A DNA stretch of 32,000 nt from Candidatus Kuenenia stuttgartensis (GCF_900232105.1 NZ_LT934425.1:1530001-1562000); one strand, 5' to 3'. Positions 8,539 to 17,345 are shown, counted from the first letter of the stretch. Numbers and translations: made by a program. Notes: generated by a model not told the origin, from the letters alone.

Positions 8539-10391
8539 CGGATGTTCACCCCTGCCAAAACGCATAAGTGCTTAATAAATAGTTGGTTAAGGCTGTATTT
8601 TTAATAAATATGTAGTCACTAATATATTGTTATTATACGACAATATACTTGACGGATAATGGTTGTTATCTGTACAATGGTGGACATGCATATTGTAGAG
8701 AACAAGTCAAAATCCGGTAAAAAAATCTATCGATCTACCCTTCTGCGGGAATCGTACCGTGAGGATGGGAAGGTCAAGAAACGCACCATTGCGAATCTGT
8801 CGAATTGCACTCCCCTGGAGATTGAAGCGATAAGACTTGCACTCGCACATAAAGACGATCTCTGTGCATTGGGCGCATTGTCAGAATCGGTGAAACTCCA
8901 TGAGGGTTTGTCTGTGGGAGCAGCGTGGAGCGTGTACCAAGTGGCAAAGGAATTAGGGATAGAAGAGGCATTGGGAAAGGACTTTGAAGGAAAGCTGGCG
9001 CTTTGGCAAGTAATGGCAAGGGTAATAGGCCAGGGGTCAAGACTGTCTGCAGTAAGGCTGGCGCAGATACATGCTGCGGGTGACGTCCTGGATATGAAGC
9101 GTGGGTTTGACGAGAACAATCTGTACGATAATTTGTCATGGTTGTCAGAGAATCAGGCAAAGATAGAGCGAAAGCTGTTTGAGTTAAGACGAGGAGGCAA
9201 TAAGCCGAAGTTGTTTTTGTATGACGTGACGAGCAGTTATTTAGAGGGGAAGTCGAATCATTTTGGTGAGTACGGGTATAATCGTGACGGCAAAAAGAGG
9301 AAAAAACAGATAGTGATCGGTATGCTTTGTGATGAATCCGGGGAGCCGGTATCAACAGAAGTATTTAGGGGCAACACCCAGGATCCGAAGACCTTTGAAT
9401 CTCAGGTAAAGAAGGTATTAGAGCGGTTTGGATGCAAAGATGTAACGATTGTAGGAGATCGTGGGATGATCAAGACGGTGCAAATCGAAAGTTTACCGGA
9501 AGGGTTTCATTACATAACGGCGATAACCAAGCCGCAGATAGAGTCGTTGATAAATAAAGGGATACTGCAATTAGGATTGTTCGAAGAAAAGCTCTGCGAG
9601 ATAAAGGATGATGAGGTTCGATATATTCTGAGGCGCAATCCGGTAAGGGCGGAAGAGATGTCAAAGACCCGTGTATCAAAATTACAGAGTATAGAGAAAT
9701 ACATCGCGAAGAAGAACAGTTATCTGAAGGAACATCCTAAGTCGTCAGTATCGAAGGCACTGGAAACAACAAGGGAAAGGCTAACGAGATTGAAACTTGA
9801 TGGGTGGGTGCAGATAAAAGAAGAGGATAGGACGCTAAAGATAGAGAGAGATGAGGAAGCATTAAAGGAGGCATCATACCTTGATGGTTGTTACGCAATC
9901 AAGACTGATCTTGAGGAGAACGAGGCGGATACCAATCTGGTACATGAACGATACAAGGATTTAACGGAAGTGGAGAAGGCGTTTCGGGACTGTAAGACGG
10001 TGAATTTGGAGGTTCGTCCGGTGTATGTAAGAAAGGAGGATAGTACACGGGGACATGTGTTTGTGGTAATGCTTGCGTACATGATAATTCGAAGGCTGCG
10101 CAGAGCGTGGAAGAATTTTGACTTGACGGTAGAGGAAGGTCTCGCACAATTGACGACCATTTGTTCGATGGAAGTAACAATCAAAGGCCAAAAAGCTAGT
10201 TGCCAGAAGATCCCGCGTCCGCGGCAACAATCACATGAATTATTAGAGGCATTACAGATAAAGTTGCCAGAAGTATTGCCAAGCCGGAACATACGGGTAG
10301 TCACTAGAAAAAAGCTTGCTGTTCGGCGTAAAAGTCAATAAATATAAGGCTTTTACGGCACTTTTGTTTTTTGACTTGGGGTGAACATCCG
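8539..10391 (+). mobile_element. IS1634-family insertion sequence, 1853 bp, ends delimited
   Basis: 14-bp TIR CGGATGTTCACCCC (8539-8552) / GGGGTGAACATCCG (10378-10391), flanked by direct CTTTAA (8533-8538 and 10392-10397). Confidence 0.92.
8659..10341 (+). CDS. IS1634-family transposase
   Basis: 560 aa: KSGKKIYRSTLLRESYREDGKVKKRTIANLS, FLYDVTSSYLEG, TIVGDRGMI, DLTEVEKAFRDCKTVNLEVRPVYVRKEDSTRGHVFVVMLAYMI. Confidence 0.92.
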   Translation: MVVICTMVDMHIVENKSKSGKKIYRSTLLRESYREDGKVKKRTIANLSNCTPLEIEAIRLALAHKDDLCALGALSESVKLHEGLSVGAAWSVYQVAKELGIEEALGKDFEGKLALWQVMARVIGQGSRLSAVRLAQIHAAGDVLDMKRGFDENNLYDNLSWLSENQAKIERKLFELRRGGNKPKLFLYDVTSSYLEGKSNHFGEYGYNRDGKKRKKQIVIGMLCDESGEPVSTEVFRGNTQDPKTFESQVKKVLERFGCKDVTIVGDRGMIKTVQIESLPEGFHYITAITKPQIESLINKGILQLGLFEEKLCEIKDDEVRYILRRNPVRAEEMSKTRVSKLQSIEKYIAKKNSYLKEHPKSSVSKALETTRERLTRLKLDGWVQIKEEDRTLKIERDEEALKEASYLDGCYAIKTDLEENEADTNLVHERYKDLTEVEKAFRDCKTVNLEVRPVYVRKEDSTRGHVFVVMLAYMIIRRLRRAWKNFDLTVEEGLAQLTTICSMEVTIKGQKASCQKIPRPRQQSHELLEALQIKLPEVLPSRNIRVVTRKKLAVRRKSQ

Positions 10392-10397
10392 CTTTAA

Positions 10398-10780
10398 CAG
10401 CAAAGGATACGTCTTTCATTGGTAAAAATTGGAATAAGAAGATCTTACGTGGTTTACAATGTGTACTTTTAGTAACCAGAGGACTCATAAGTCCTCGTAA
10501 GGAATTTTTTGAAGCGGCATTTGGTTCTACATTCGAAGAATTCCTTCAAATATTGCTAATGCCCGAGGATTATATTATTAATAGAAGAAGGCATGAATTG
10601 AATGGGGCACTTGATTGGAAAAATACTTATAAAAAATTAACGAGAAGTGAAAAAAATACATTTATAAACCTAATATCAAATAATAAAGTTGTGAAAGAAG
10701 ATATAAAAAAGGTTTCGTCAAATAAAATGAAAAGGCTACTATCTCACTATATTGAATTTAATAAAAGTATAATTTACTGA
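10398..10780 (+). pseudogene. Radical SAM protein, 3' portion
   Basis: Reads TAKDTSFIGKNWNKKILRGLQCVLLVTRGLISPRKEFFEAAFGSTFEEFLQILLMPEDYIINRRRHELNG... in frame with the 5' part after excision of IS plus one TSD copy. Confidence 0.85.
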
Positions 10781-10814
10781 CCCATTATTGTTACCCTCCC
10801 GACCAGGTTCACAT

Positions 10815-11079
10815 AGGCATCACTATCATTGCGCTGACGGCACTTTATATAGAAGAAAATCAACTTGATAAGGCGGAAGAATTTATCAAACGAGAGGAAG
10901 ATTCTAAACGAAAGACACCTGCGCATACGGCAAATACCCTATTACCTCATTATGAAACATCGCTGCACATTTCACGATCAAAAATAAACTTTGCAAGAAA
11001 CAATTTCGATGATGGAATAAAAGAATTAAACAATTGCCCTGAAAATCCAGCCGGAATTACTGTTAATTTGGGATGAATT
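10815..11079 (+). pseudogene. Possible TPR-like protein remnant
   Basis: Conceptual translation GITIIALTALYIEENQLDKAEEFIKREED...LHISRSKINFARNNFDDGIKELNNCPENPAGITVNLG*; no start codon or intact ORF. Confidence 0.3.
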
Positions 11080-11287
11080 GGAAAAGGCGTATCTATCAGT
11101 CTTCTTCAAAAGAATTCAGGGACAATTCATGGCTCATTTTTACCCACACACTTGACTGAAGAGCCTTTAATTATTTACGGTACTACGGTGATGACCTGTT
11201 TCACGACTTATACTTCTTTCACTCTTACCCTGCTCTTTTAGCCTCTTCATAATTTGCACTGCTTGCATATGTACCATCCTTTTACTA

Positions 11288-11323
11288 CTTATAAGGAATT
11301 ATTCTTACTCAATTCCTTATAAG
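11288..11323. repeat. Perfect hairpin
   Basis: 13-bp inverted repeat CTTATAAGGAATT (11288-11300) / AATTCCTTATAAG (11311-11323), 10-nt loop. Confidence 0.7.
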
Positions 11324-11329
11324 ATAGCT

Positions 11330-12448
11330 TTTCTCTACGAGTGGTACTATTTTACCTTGCCATCTGGTACAATTTTACTCTACCATAATCAACCATCGTG
11401 GATTGTTAAAATACCTGCGTCAAAATTAAAATTATTAACTCTTAAGTTTAAGCATTCGAACATCCGAAGCCCGCATCCATACAGAAGCTTAACAATCAGG
11501 TTGTTAGGATAGGTAAGACGCTCAAGAATCGAGTGAACCTCTTCCCGCGATAAAACAACGGGTATATAAGGCCTACTTTTGGCCCTGAGAGTATTACTGT
11601 TATCTCCGAAATCCTTCTTGATAATATGCTTATAAAAAAACAACTGCGCGTTAAATGCCTGATTTTGTGTTGATACCGCCACCTTACGTTTGACCGCTAA
11701 ATATTACATAAATCCTTCACCTCCACAGACGACAGGGACTGAATATCCTTATTATGGGCAAATCCCTGAAATTTCTTAGTCCAATGTGTATAAGCCCATA
11801 AGGTTTTCGGAGAATAATGTTTAATCTTTATTAAGGCACTTAACCCATGTATTGCATCCATACATCCTTTGGTATTTTCAAAAACAATCGCCTTTTTTGA
11901 ATCAACAGAAACAGGCGGCACAATAAAATGATTGTTGGGGACGGATTGAGTGCTTTGTTTTTGCAGGCTTACCGGTTGGTCTTCCTCCCTGCAATTCTTT
12001 ATGAAAATCTGGATAGCTTTTCTTACCATCATTAATGGAATCATGAGTTTCGGGCTGCCTTATGGAATCGTGGCGAGAAAAAGTTTGGGGAGGTTTGTTT
12101 TTGCCGATACGAAGGCTGCGACTTTTCCTGCGCATTTTCACTTTCTAAAAGATTGTCTTCAGGATAAGACCGGACTATGGAGTAGTAAAGAGATATGGCA
12201 AGGGCTGCCTGTTTCAGTTGTTGAGAAGACTGATGTTTTTCTTGTAATTTTTTTATAAACTGCGAAAGACTCTCCTTTTTCGATTCGAAAAAATCATATT
12301 TTTTACAGAAGTCAATGTAATAACGAAGCCTTTCTCTAAAGTTATGCTGTTCACTCCTTGGAATTCGCTTATGAATGAGAATAGGATCAAACTTAATCGT
12401 AATGTTTTGTGGAATATGCATTAGAATCCTCTTGCGTAATATCGACAA
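11330..12448 (-). pseudogene. Decayed integron-type integrase (N-terminal extension + core)
   Basis: Three minus-strand frames in order: SEQHNFRERLRYYIDFCKKYDF...LSQFIKKLQEKHQSSQQLKQAALAISLYYSI; IKIKHYSPKTLWAYTHWTKKFQGFAHNKDIQSLSSVEVKD; VSTQNQAFNAQLFFYKHIIKKDFG...LRAKSRPYIPVVLSREEVHSILERL...LLYGCGLRMFECLNLRVNNFNFDAGILTIHDG. Broken by frameshifts/stops. Confidence 0.85.
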
Positions 12449-12594
12449 AAATGTTATTTTTTCAACTTGTTACAGATAATACACAAAAATAATGCATTAT
12501 CTATAAAAAATTATCTGTTTTTCGAAGAAAAATCACTAGTAAAAATGCAATAAGTAAATGTATACATTGTTATCTATAAACTTATCAATTACTG

Positions 12595-12604
12595 GTTAGA
12601 CGGC
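12595..12604 (+). other. attI/cassette boundary core site
   Basis: GTTAGAC fits GTTRRRY. GTTAGACGGC is the exact reverse complement of GCCGTCTAAC at 13386-13395. Confidence 0.55.
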
Positions 12605-12638
12605 TAAGCTCCCCATCTGCCGGCATCAAGGAGGCTTC

Positions 12639-13292
12639 CTGAAAATACAAGACTACCTCTCCGAAATAGAGCCCGCCGCCACCGCAGTAATTGCGGAGAT
12701 CCACCGAGAAGAACGACACGTTGAGGACCTTTCCCGCACCTTAGCTCAAATCACGAAAGCTACGGAGGAAGGTTACACAAAGGTAGAACAAATCAATAAG
12801 ATGGATGAGTACCTCTCCAGTATTCCTGGGTACCAGGACGACGATCCACTACTGAGCACTGCGATTTACTGGGATACTTACTTTGGCATGGATAAAGAAC
12901 GCCACCTGACAGACAAGAACCTCCGTGAAGCTATGCTTCGACTTGCTGCTCACGAGTTTGCCAGGCATGCGATGTCTGGAGCTCTTCTGCAGTTCGCCAA
13001 GCAAGGATTGTCAATTAGATATGGCAAGAGCTTATCAGCTTGCCCTAAAGGACGACTTATCGGATCCCAATCGATTACCGATGTAATCTGGCAAGGCCGC
13101 AATCAAGCTATTCACTGGGAGGAGGGTCAATTTCACTCTGCAACCGAGGCTGCCCTCAAGCAGCTCGCCAAAGATTTCAGATCCCCATACGACCAGTACG
13201 CTTCACGCAGCCTTGCATACGAGATCATCTCCATCTTAGGCTGGCAGAGCTTTGCCGATTTCTCAAAAGATCTCTTGGCACTCGATTCTTGA
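12639..13292 (+). CDS. Integron cassette-encoded hypothetical protein
   Basis: Track ORF starts at ATG 12801, but the frame is open upstream to CTG 12639 preceded by AAGGAGG (LKIQDYLSEIEPAATAVIAEIHREERHVEDLSRTLAQITKATEEGYTKVEQINKMDEY...). Confidence 0.55.
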   Translation: MKIQDYLSEIEPAATAVIAEIHREERHVEDLSRTLAQITKATEEGYTKVEQINKMDEYLSSIPGYQDDDPLLSTAIYWDTYFGMDKERHLTDKNLREAMLRLAAHEFARHAMSGALLQFAKQGLSIRYGKSLSACPKGRLIGSQSITDVIWQGRNQAIHWEEGQFHSATEAALKQLAKDFRSPYDQYASRSLAYEIISILGWQSFADFSKDLLALDS

Positions 13293-13385
13293 CTATTGGG
13301 ATGAACGATGCCCTTGTACCGTGAGTTGGAAGTGCTCACCGAGCGTTTGAGCCCCGTAACACCGGAGGCCAGTGGCTAGACGTGG

Positions 13386-13430
13386 GCCGTCTAACATCGC
13401 ACTGGAGCCGACGCCCAATAGCGGGAACGA
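13386..13430 (+). other. Partial attC-like site (R''/L'' half)
   Basis: GCCGTCTAACATCGCACTGGAGCCGACGCCCAATAGCGGGAACGACGG: GTCTAAC fits RYYYAAC, complementary to the cassette start at 12595. A matching downstream R' core was not found. Confidence 0.45.
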
Positions 13431-13479
13431 CGGAGGAGCGGAAGCAATTGCTACTGGACGTGGAATTGAAAATTTAAAC

Positions 13480-13653
13480 AGATTAAATAAGGTATATGGA
13501 AAAAAATACTGGCGAAAGTTGAAAGGTATTTGCCAGGTGGAACTGGAAGATGGTACAATTTTAGACGTCGAAGTACGCTGGTACGAGAAGAGCATGGCAT
13601 CGGGAAAAAAGAACTTAAAATCAAAAAATATTTATGAAGAAAAGGCGATTTAA
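13480..13653 (+). CDS. Small hypothetical protein
   Basis: Track ORF 13372-13653; its first ~30 codons run through the attC-like sequence (SNIALEPTPNSG). Conserved-looking part is WRKLKGICQVELEDGTILDVEVRWYEKSMASGKKNLKSKN. Exact start uncertain. Confidence 0.4.
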   Translation, partial: RLNKVYGKKYWRKLKGICQVELEDGTILDVEVRWYEKSMASGKKNLKSKNIYEEKAI

Positions 13654-13662
13654 AAACATTTT

Positions 13663-13971
13663 ATGATATGCGTAGATAATCGCGGCGATGAATCATCATT
13701 GGAAAAAAGAAAACTATACGAAGTGCTGACTGACAGGATAGCTGAAACACATTGCCATATAAGAGTTGTTGATGAATTGGGCGAAGATTATTTATATCCT
13801 GAAAAGTTTTTTGCACCTGTACGATTGCCCCCATATCATAAAAGAAAAATTAGCATCAGAGACAGCATAACATTTCACCTGACCCCTTCCCTTTGCATAA
13901 AAAGTTTGCTTCATCTTCATCTGGCAACTTTTCCCCTTTTCCGATTGATATATTTTTTCTTGTGGGTATAG
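13663..13971 (+). CDS. Small hypothetical protein (conserved-looking N-terminal ~65 aa)
   Basis: MICVDNRGDESSLEKRKLYEVLTDRIAETHCHIRVVDELGEDYLYPEKFFAPVRLP, immediately downstream of previous ORF; 3' extension may be spurious. Confidence 0.45.
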   Translation: MICVDNRGDESSLEKRKLYEVLTDRIAETHCHIRVVDELGEDYLYPEKFFAPVRLPPYHKRKISIRDSITFHLTPSLCIKSLLHLHLATFPLFRLIYFFLWV

Positions 13972-14029
13972 TACTGTTGCAAAATTATACAGCAACATTT
14001 TTATATGTACCGTACTATTATTTATTTTC

Positions 14030-14061
14030 CCTGATAATAGTGTTTTCCACGAATTATCAGG
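14030..14061. repeat. Hairpin upstream of rnk-like gene
   Basis: CCTGATAAT (14030-14038) / ATTATCAGG (14053-14061), perfect 9-bp arms. Confidence 0.5.
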
Positions 14062-14109
14062 ATAATTTATTTTGACAATCAATGGTTGGTATTCATAACG
14101 GAGGAGATC

Positions 14110-14529
14110 ATGACAACAACACGAAAGCTGCACATTACCGAGTTTGACAAATCGCGACTCGAAGAACTCATCGCTGTGGCCGAGGAATTCGGTGGTCAAG
14201 ACAGAAAGGATTTAGCGTCTTTGGCAGAAGAATTGGAGAGGGCGGAAGTCGTGTCGTCCAAAGACGTGCCTGCAGATGTGGTGACCATGAACTCAAAGGT
14301 TGTCCTGCGTGATCTGAGTACGTCAGAAAAAATGACCTATGTTTTAGTCTTTCCAAAAGATGCGAACATTGCTGCGGGGGCTATCTCGGTTCTCGCCCCT
14401 GTGGGCACGGCGATCCTGGGATACGCCAAAGGAGATGTTGTGGAATGGTCTGTCCCGTCTGGGGTGCGCCGTATCCGCATCGATGACGTTCTTTACCAGC
14501 CGGAAGCGGCCAGAGATTATCACTTATAG
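14110..14529 (+). CDS. rnk: Nucleoside diphosphate kinase regulator / GreA-GreB C-terminal family
   Basis: MTTTRKLHITEFDKSRLEELI...VVTMNSKVVLRDLSTSEKMTYVLVFPKDANIAAGAISVLAPVGTAILGYAKGDVVEWSVPSGVRRIRIDDVLYQPEAA; ATG at 14110 preceded by GGAGGAGATC. Confidence 0.88.
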   Translation: MTTTRKLHITEFDKSRLEELIAVAEEFGGQDRKDLASLAEELERAEVVSSKDVPADVVTMNSKVVLRDLSTSEKMTYVLVFPKDANIAAGAISVLAPVGTAILGYAKGDVVEWSVPSGVRRIRIDDVLYQPEAARDYHL

Positions 14530-14602
14530 GTGCCAACAAGGCACTGCACTGGGCGAGGATTCCGATGCGCACCATCCCCGCCAGTGCGCTTTGACATTAA
14601 TG
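14530..14602 (+). other. Possible degenerate attC site after rnk
   Basis: GCCAACAAGGCACTGCACTGGGCG...CCCCGCCAGTGCGCTTTGACATTAATGC: stem GCACTGG (14546-14552) / CCAGTGC (14581-14587), starting right at the stop codon. Core boxes not canonical. Confidence 0.35.
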
Positions 14603-14984
14603 CGGCTGATGTATACCTTCAAAAAACTAGATACCTACATGGTTATCAAGGCTGACGGCCTAAAAACGAAGATAGATAAAGACATCGATAAGATAAACCC
14701 CTTATCCAATCTTACTCCCATTTGGAAAAATCTCATCTTCTTCAACAAATAGATGATATGGCCAACAGACTGGTATCATTTAACAAACCCATCAAGCTTG
14801 ACTTTAGAGCAAAGTTCGGTCTGCCGGTTGAGAAAAACACAGAGCAACATAAAAGCCAAGGATATACAAAGGAAAATCAAAAGGGCTTTAATTCTTCTAA
14901 GTTGTACTGTTCAAAAGAGATGGATTTGTTCATTGCTTAACTAAAAATATTGAATTTCCCACATACAATGTACATAATCGGTCA

Positions 14985-15515
14985 TTACATTACTGTCAAA
15001 GAACTCGCCTGCGGGCCTTTTTCGCCTAATTCTTCAGAAAATCGTACCTCCATTCCCTTTTCCAAACGGGCAAAATCATGGTTTAAGACGCTATTTTTGT
15101 GAAAATAAATCTCCCGCCCATCGGCAGAAGTAATAAAACCATATCCCTCTTCAGGGAATAAATTGCTGATATGGGCAATGGGTATTTCTTCGTGGTGTTT
15201 TACCTTTCCACTCCGCTGAACAACAAAATCTTCCAGCTTCCGGCGCATTGCGTTAAAGGAATCTTTTACCGCCAGGTGAAAGTCTTCGTTTGGCTTGCGT
15301 TTTATCACAAGTTCCGTACCGGGAATGGTCACAACAACCTTCACATTATAAAAAAGCCCTTTGTGTTCACGGTGACGAAGGGCTTCCACCACTACCCGAC
15401 AGCGGATAATCCGGTCATAAGCGGCATCTAACTTTTCCGCATACTTGTGAATATCCGCCTTGTTTGCTTCGGTTAAGTCAAAATCACGTGCAACAATTTC
15501 AAGTAAAAAATTCAT
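14985..15515 (-). CDS. HPF/RaiA ribosome-associated domain fused to cold-shock domain
   Basis: N-terminal RaiA-like (LLEIVARDFDLTEANKADIHKYAEKLDAAYDRIIRCRVVVEA); C-terminal cold-shock-like GYGFITSADGREIYFHKNSVLNHDFARLEKGMEVRFSEELGEKGPQASSLTV. Confidence 0.88.
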   Translation of the reverse strand: MNFLLEIVARDFDLTEANKADIHKYAEKLDAAYDRIIRCRVVVEALRHREHKGLFYNVKVVVTIPGTELVIKRKPNEDFHLAVKDSFNAMRRKLEDFVVQRSGKVKHHEEIPIAHISNLFPEEGYGFITSADGREIYFHKNSVLNHDFARLEKGMEVRFSEELGEKGPQASSLTVM

Positions 15516-15858
15516 GACGTCCCTCCCTAAAAATTCCTTGCCATTCTAACGGATAAAAAGCATATCACTATCGTAAAAACGTTCAAGATACTTCCTGTAT
15601 ATGAGGTAAACAACCCCCTTGCTCCCTTAATAAAGGGGAATACGGTACAGTCAGCAAATTGCAGATTGTGGACTGTGGAACGTAGAAATTATTATAAAAA
15701 CCTCCACTTATTGAGAAGTTCCCTGTCAATAACGTACCGCTTGCTACTCTCAACTCAAAATGAACCGGAAAAAAATGCGGGGAGGCACTCTTGTCTTGCA
15801 GGAGCGGTATTTTCAACCACTCAGGTTCTCCTTATGGGAAAGAGTTTATGGTGATATT

Positions 15859-16248
15859 TTACTGTTCGGATTCATTGGCAGTCCGGTATTGAACCGGACT
15901 TAAAAGATCTGCAAGTTCGTTCGGATTGGATATTTCAATATGTAAAAACCATCCCTTACCGTAAGGGTCTTCATTTATTAATTGTGGACTTTCCCTGAGT
16001 TCCTGATTAATTTTTGTCACCTTGCCGGAAAGGGGTGCATAAATGTCATATGCAGCTTTTACTGACTCAACTACTGCACAGGGAGCGCCCATCTTCAGTT
16101 CTCTTCCTATTAACGGCAATTCGACGTACACTATGTCCTGCAATTGATGCTGGGCATGGTCAGTAATGCCAATGGATACTTCATTCCCGTGTATTTTTTT
16201 TACCCATTCGTGCGTTTTTGTATACTGAAGTTCTTCTGGTATATTCAT
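15859..16248 (-). CDS. gcvH: Glycine cleavage system H protein
   Basis: TKTHEWVKK, GITDHAQHQLQDIVYVELP, lipoylation region VESVKAAYDIYAPLSG, NEDPYGKGWFLHIE. Confidence 0.96.
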   Translation of the reverse strand: MNIPEELQYTKTHEWVKKIHGNEVSIGITDHAQHQLQDIVYVELPLIGRELKMGAPCAVVESVKAAYDIYAPLSGKVTKINQELRESPQLINEDPYGKGWFLHIEISNPNELADLLSPVQYRTANESEQ

Positions 16249-17345
16249 TTTTTTGACTCCCTCTTATAAAACGGGGTTTTTACAATTCGTGCTTCGTGAT
16301 AATTATCCCGGATTTGTATTTGTATCTCTTCCCCGGCTATTGCATGCTGAATGGTAATTCTGGCAAGGCCAATACCCTTTTTCGTCGTTGGGTTAAATGT
16401 TCCGCTGGTAACTTTTCCTATCTTCTCTCCCTTTTTCAGAACAGGATAATCGTGACGCGGAATACCCTGATCCAACATTTCGAATCCAATTATTTTATGT
16501 TTGACGCCCCCAGCCTTCTGTTCCTGCAGTGACTCTTTTCCTATAAAAGAATCTTTGCCAAACTTCACCGTCCAGTCGATAAGGGTCTCCAGGGGAGTTA
16601 CCGTTTCGTCCATATCGTTTCCGTAAAGCATAAAACATGCCTCAAGGCGTAGCGTATCCCTCGCTCCAAGCCCAACAGGCCTCAGTCCCTTCGCCTCGTT
16701 TTTTTTCAAAAAAATATCCCAGAGTCTGAGGGCGTAAGTTGCATCAACCAATATTTCCACACCATCCTCACCGGTATATCCCGTTCTTGAAATAATCATG
16801 GGTAAATCATCCAGAAAAAATTCATCAAAACAAAACCTTTTGAGGTACTTAAAATCAGTCTCCAGGGTATTTTTGAGCATTTGCAGGGCAGACGGACCTT
16901 GTAATGCGATAATTGACATTTCATCAGTGACATTTTTTAATTTCAGAGACCAGTAGGGTTTTGCCTGTTCCGTTAACCACGCCAGGTCCTTTTCAGTATT
17001 TGCACAGTTTACGATAAAGAGAAATGCATTTCGGTTCATTTTATAAACCATAATATCGTCAACAATGCCTCCTTTTTCATTGCACAGAGGTGAATAGAGA
17101 GCCTGTTTTTCCGACAATGGCGCTGCGTCATTCGTAATCACCTGCTGCACAAAGGAAAAGGCGTCATCTCCGGAAATCTCAAATTTTCCCATATGGGATA
17201 TATCGAAGATACCGGCATTTTTTCGAACAAGGAGGTGTTCATTGATGATGCTGTCATATTGGATGGGCATCAGGTAGTTATGAAAAGATACCATCTTTGC
17301 ATGGTATTTAAGGTGTGATTCATACAGCGGCGTTTTTTTCATCAC
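16245..17345 (-). CDS. gcvT: Glycine cleavage system T protein (aminomethyltransferase)
   Basis: 366 aa; PLYESHLKYHAKMVSFHNYLMPIQY, FDISHMGKFEISG, GYTGEDGVEI, GLGARDTLRLEACFMLYGNDMDE. Overlaps gcvH by 4 nt. Confidence 0.97.
   Translation of the reverse strand: MMKKTPLYESHLKYHAKMVSFHNYLMPIQYDSIINEHLLVRKNAGIFDISHMGKFEISGDDAFSFVQQVITNDAAPLSEKQALYSPLCNEKGGIVDDIMVYKMNRNAFLFIVNCANTEKDLAWLTEQAKPYWSLKLKNVTDEMSIIALQGPSALQMLKNTLETDFKYLKRFCFDEFFLDDLPMIISRTGYTGEDGVEILVDATYALRLWDIFLKKNEAKGLRPVGLGARDTLRLEACFMLYGNDMDETVTPLETLIDWTVKFGKDSFIGKESLQEQKAGGVKHKIIGFEMLDQGIPRHDYPVLKKGEKIGKVTSGTFNPTTKKGIGLARITIQHAIAGEEIQIQIRDNYHEARIVKTPFYKRESKK

Noticed and set aside
8727-10304. Several long antisense ORFs (up to 193 aa) opposite the IS1634 transposase
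   Set aside because: Low-complexity Ser/Pro/Thr-rich shadow translations of a strongly supported transposase frame.
13792-14199. 135-aa minus-strand ORF
   Set aside because: It spans the intergenic hairpins and the starts of genes on the opposite strand; no recognisable motifs or SD.
14360-14944. ORFs 14360-14752, 14722-14940 and 14753-14944
   Set aside because: The first overlaps rnk out of frame and crosses the attC-like fold; the others are short, mutually overlapping, and lack family signatures.
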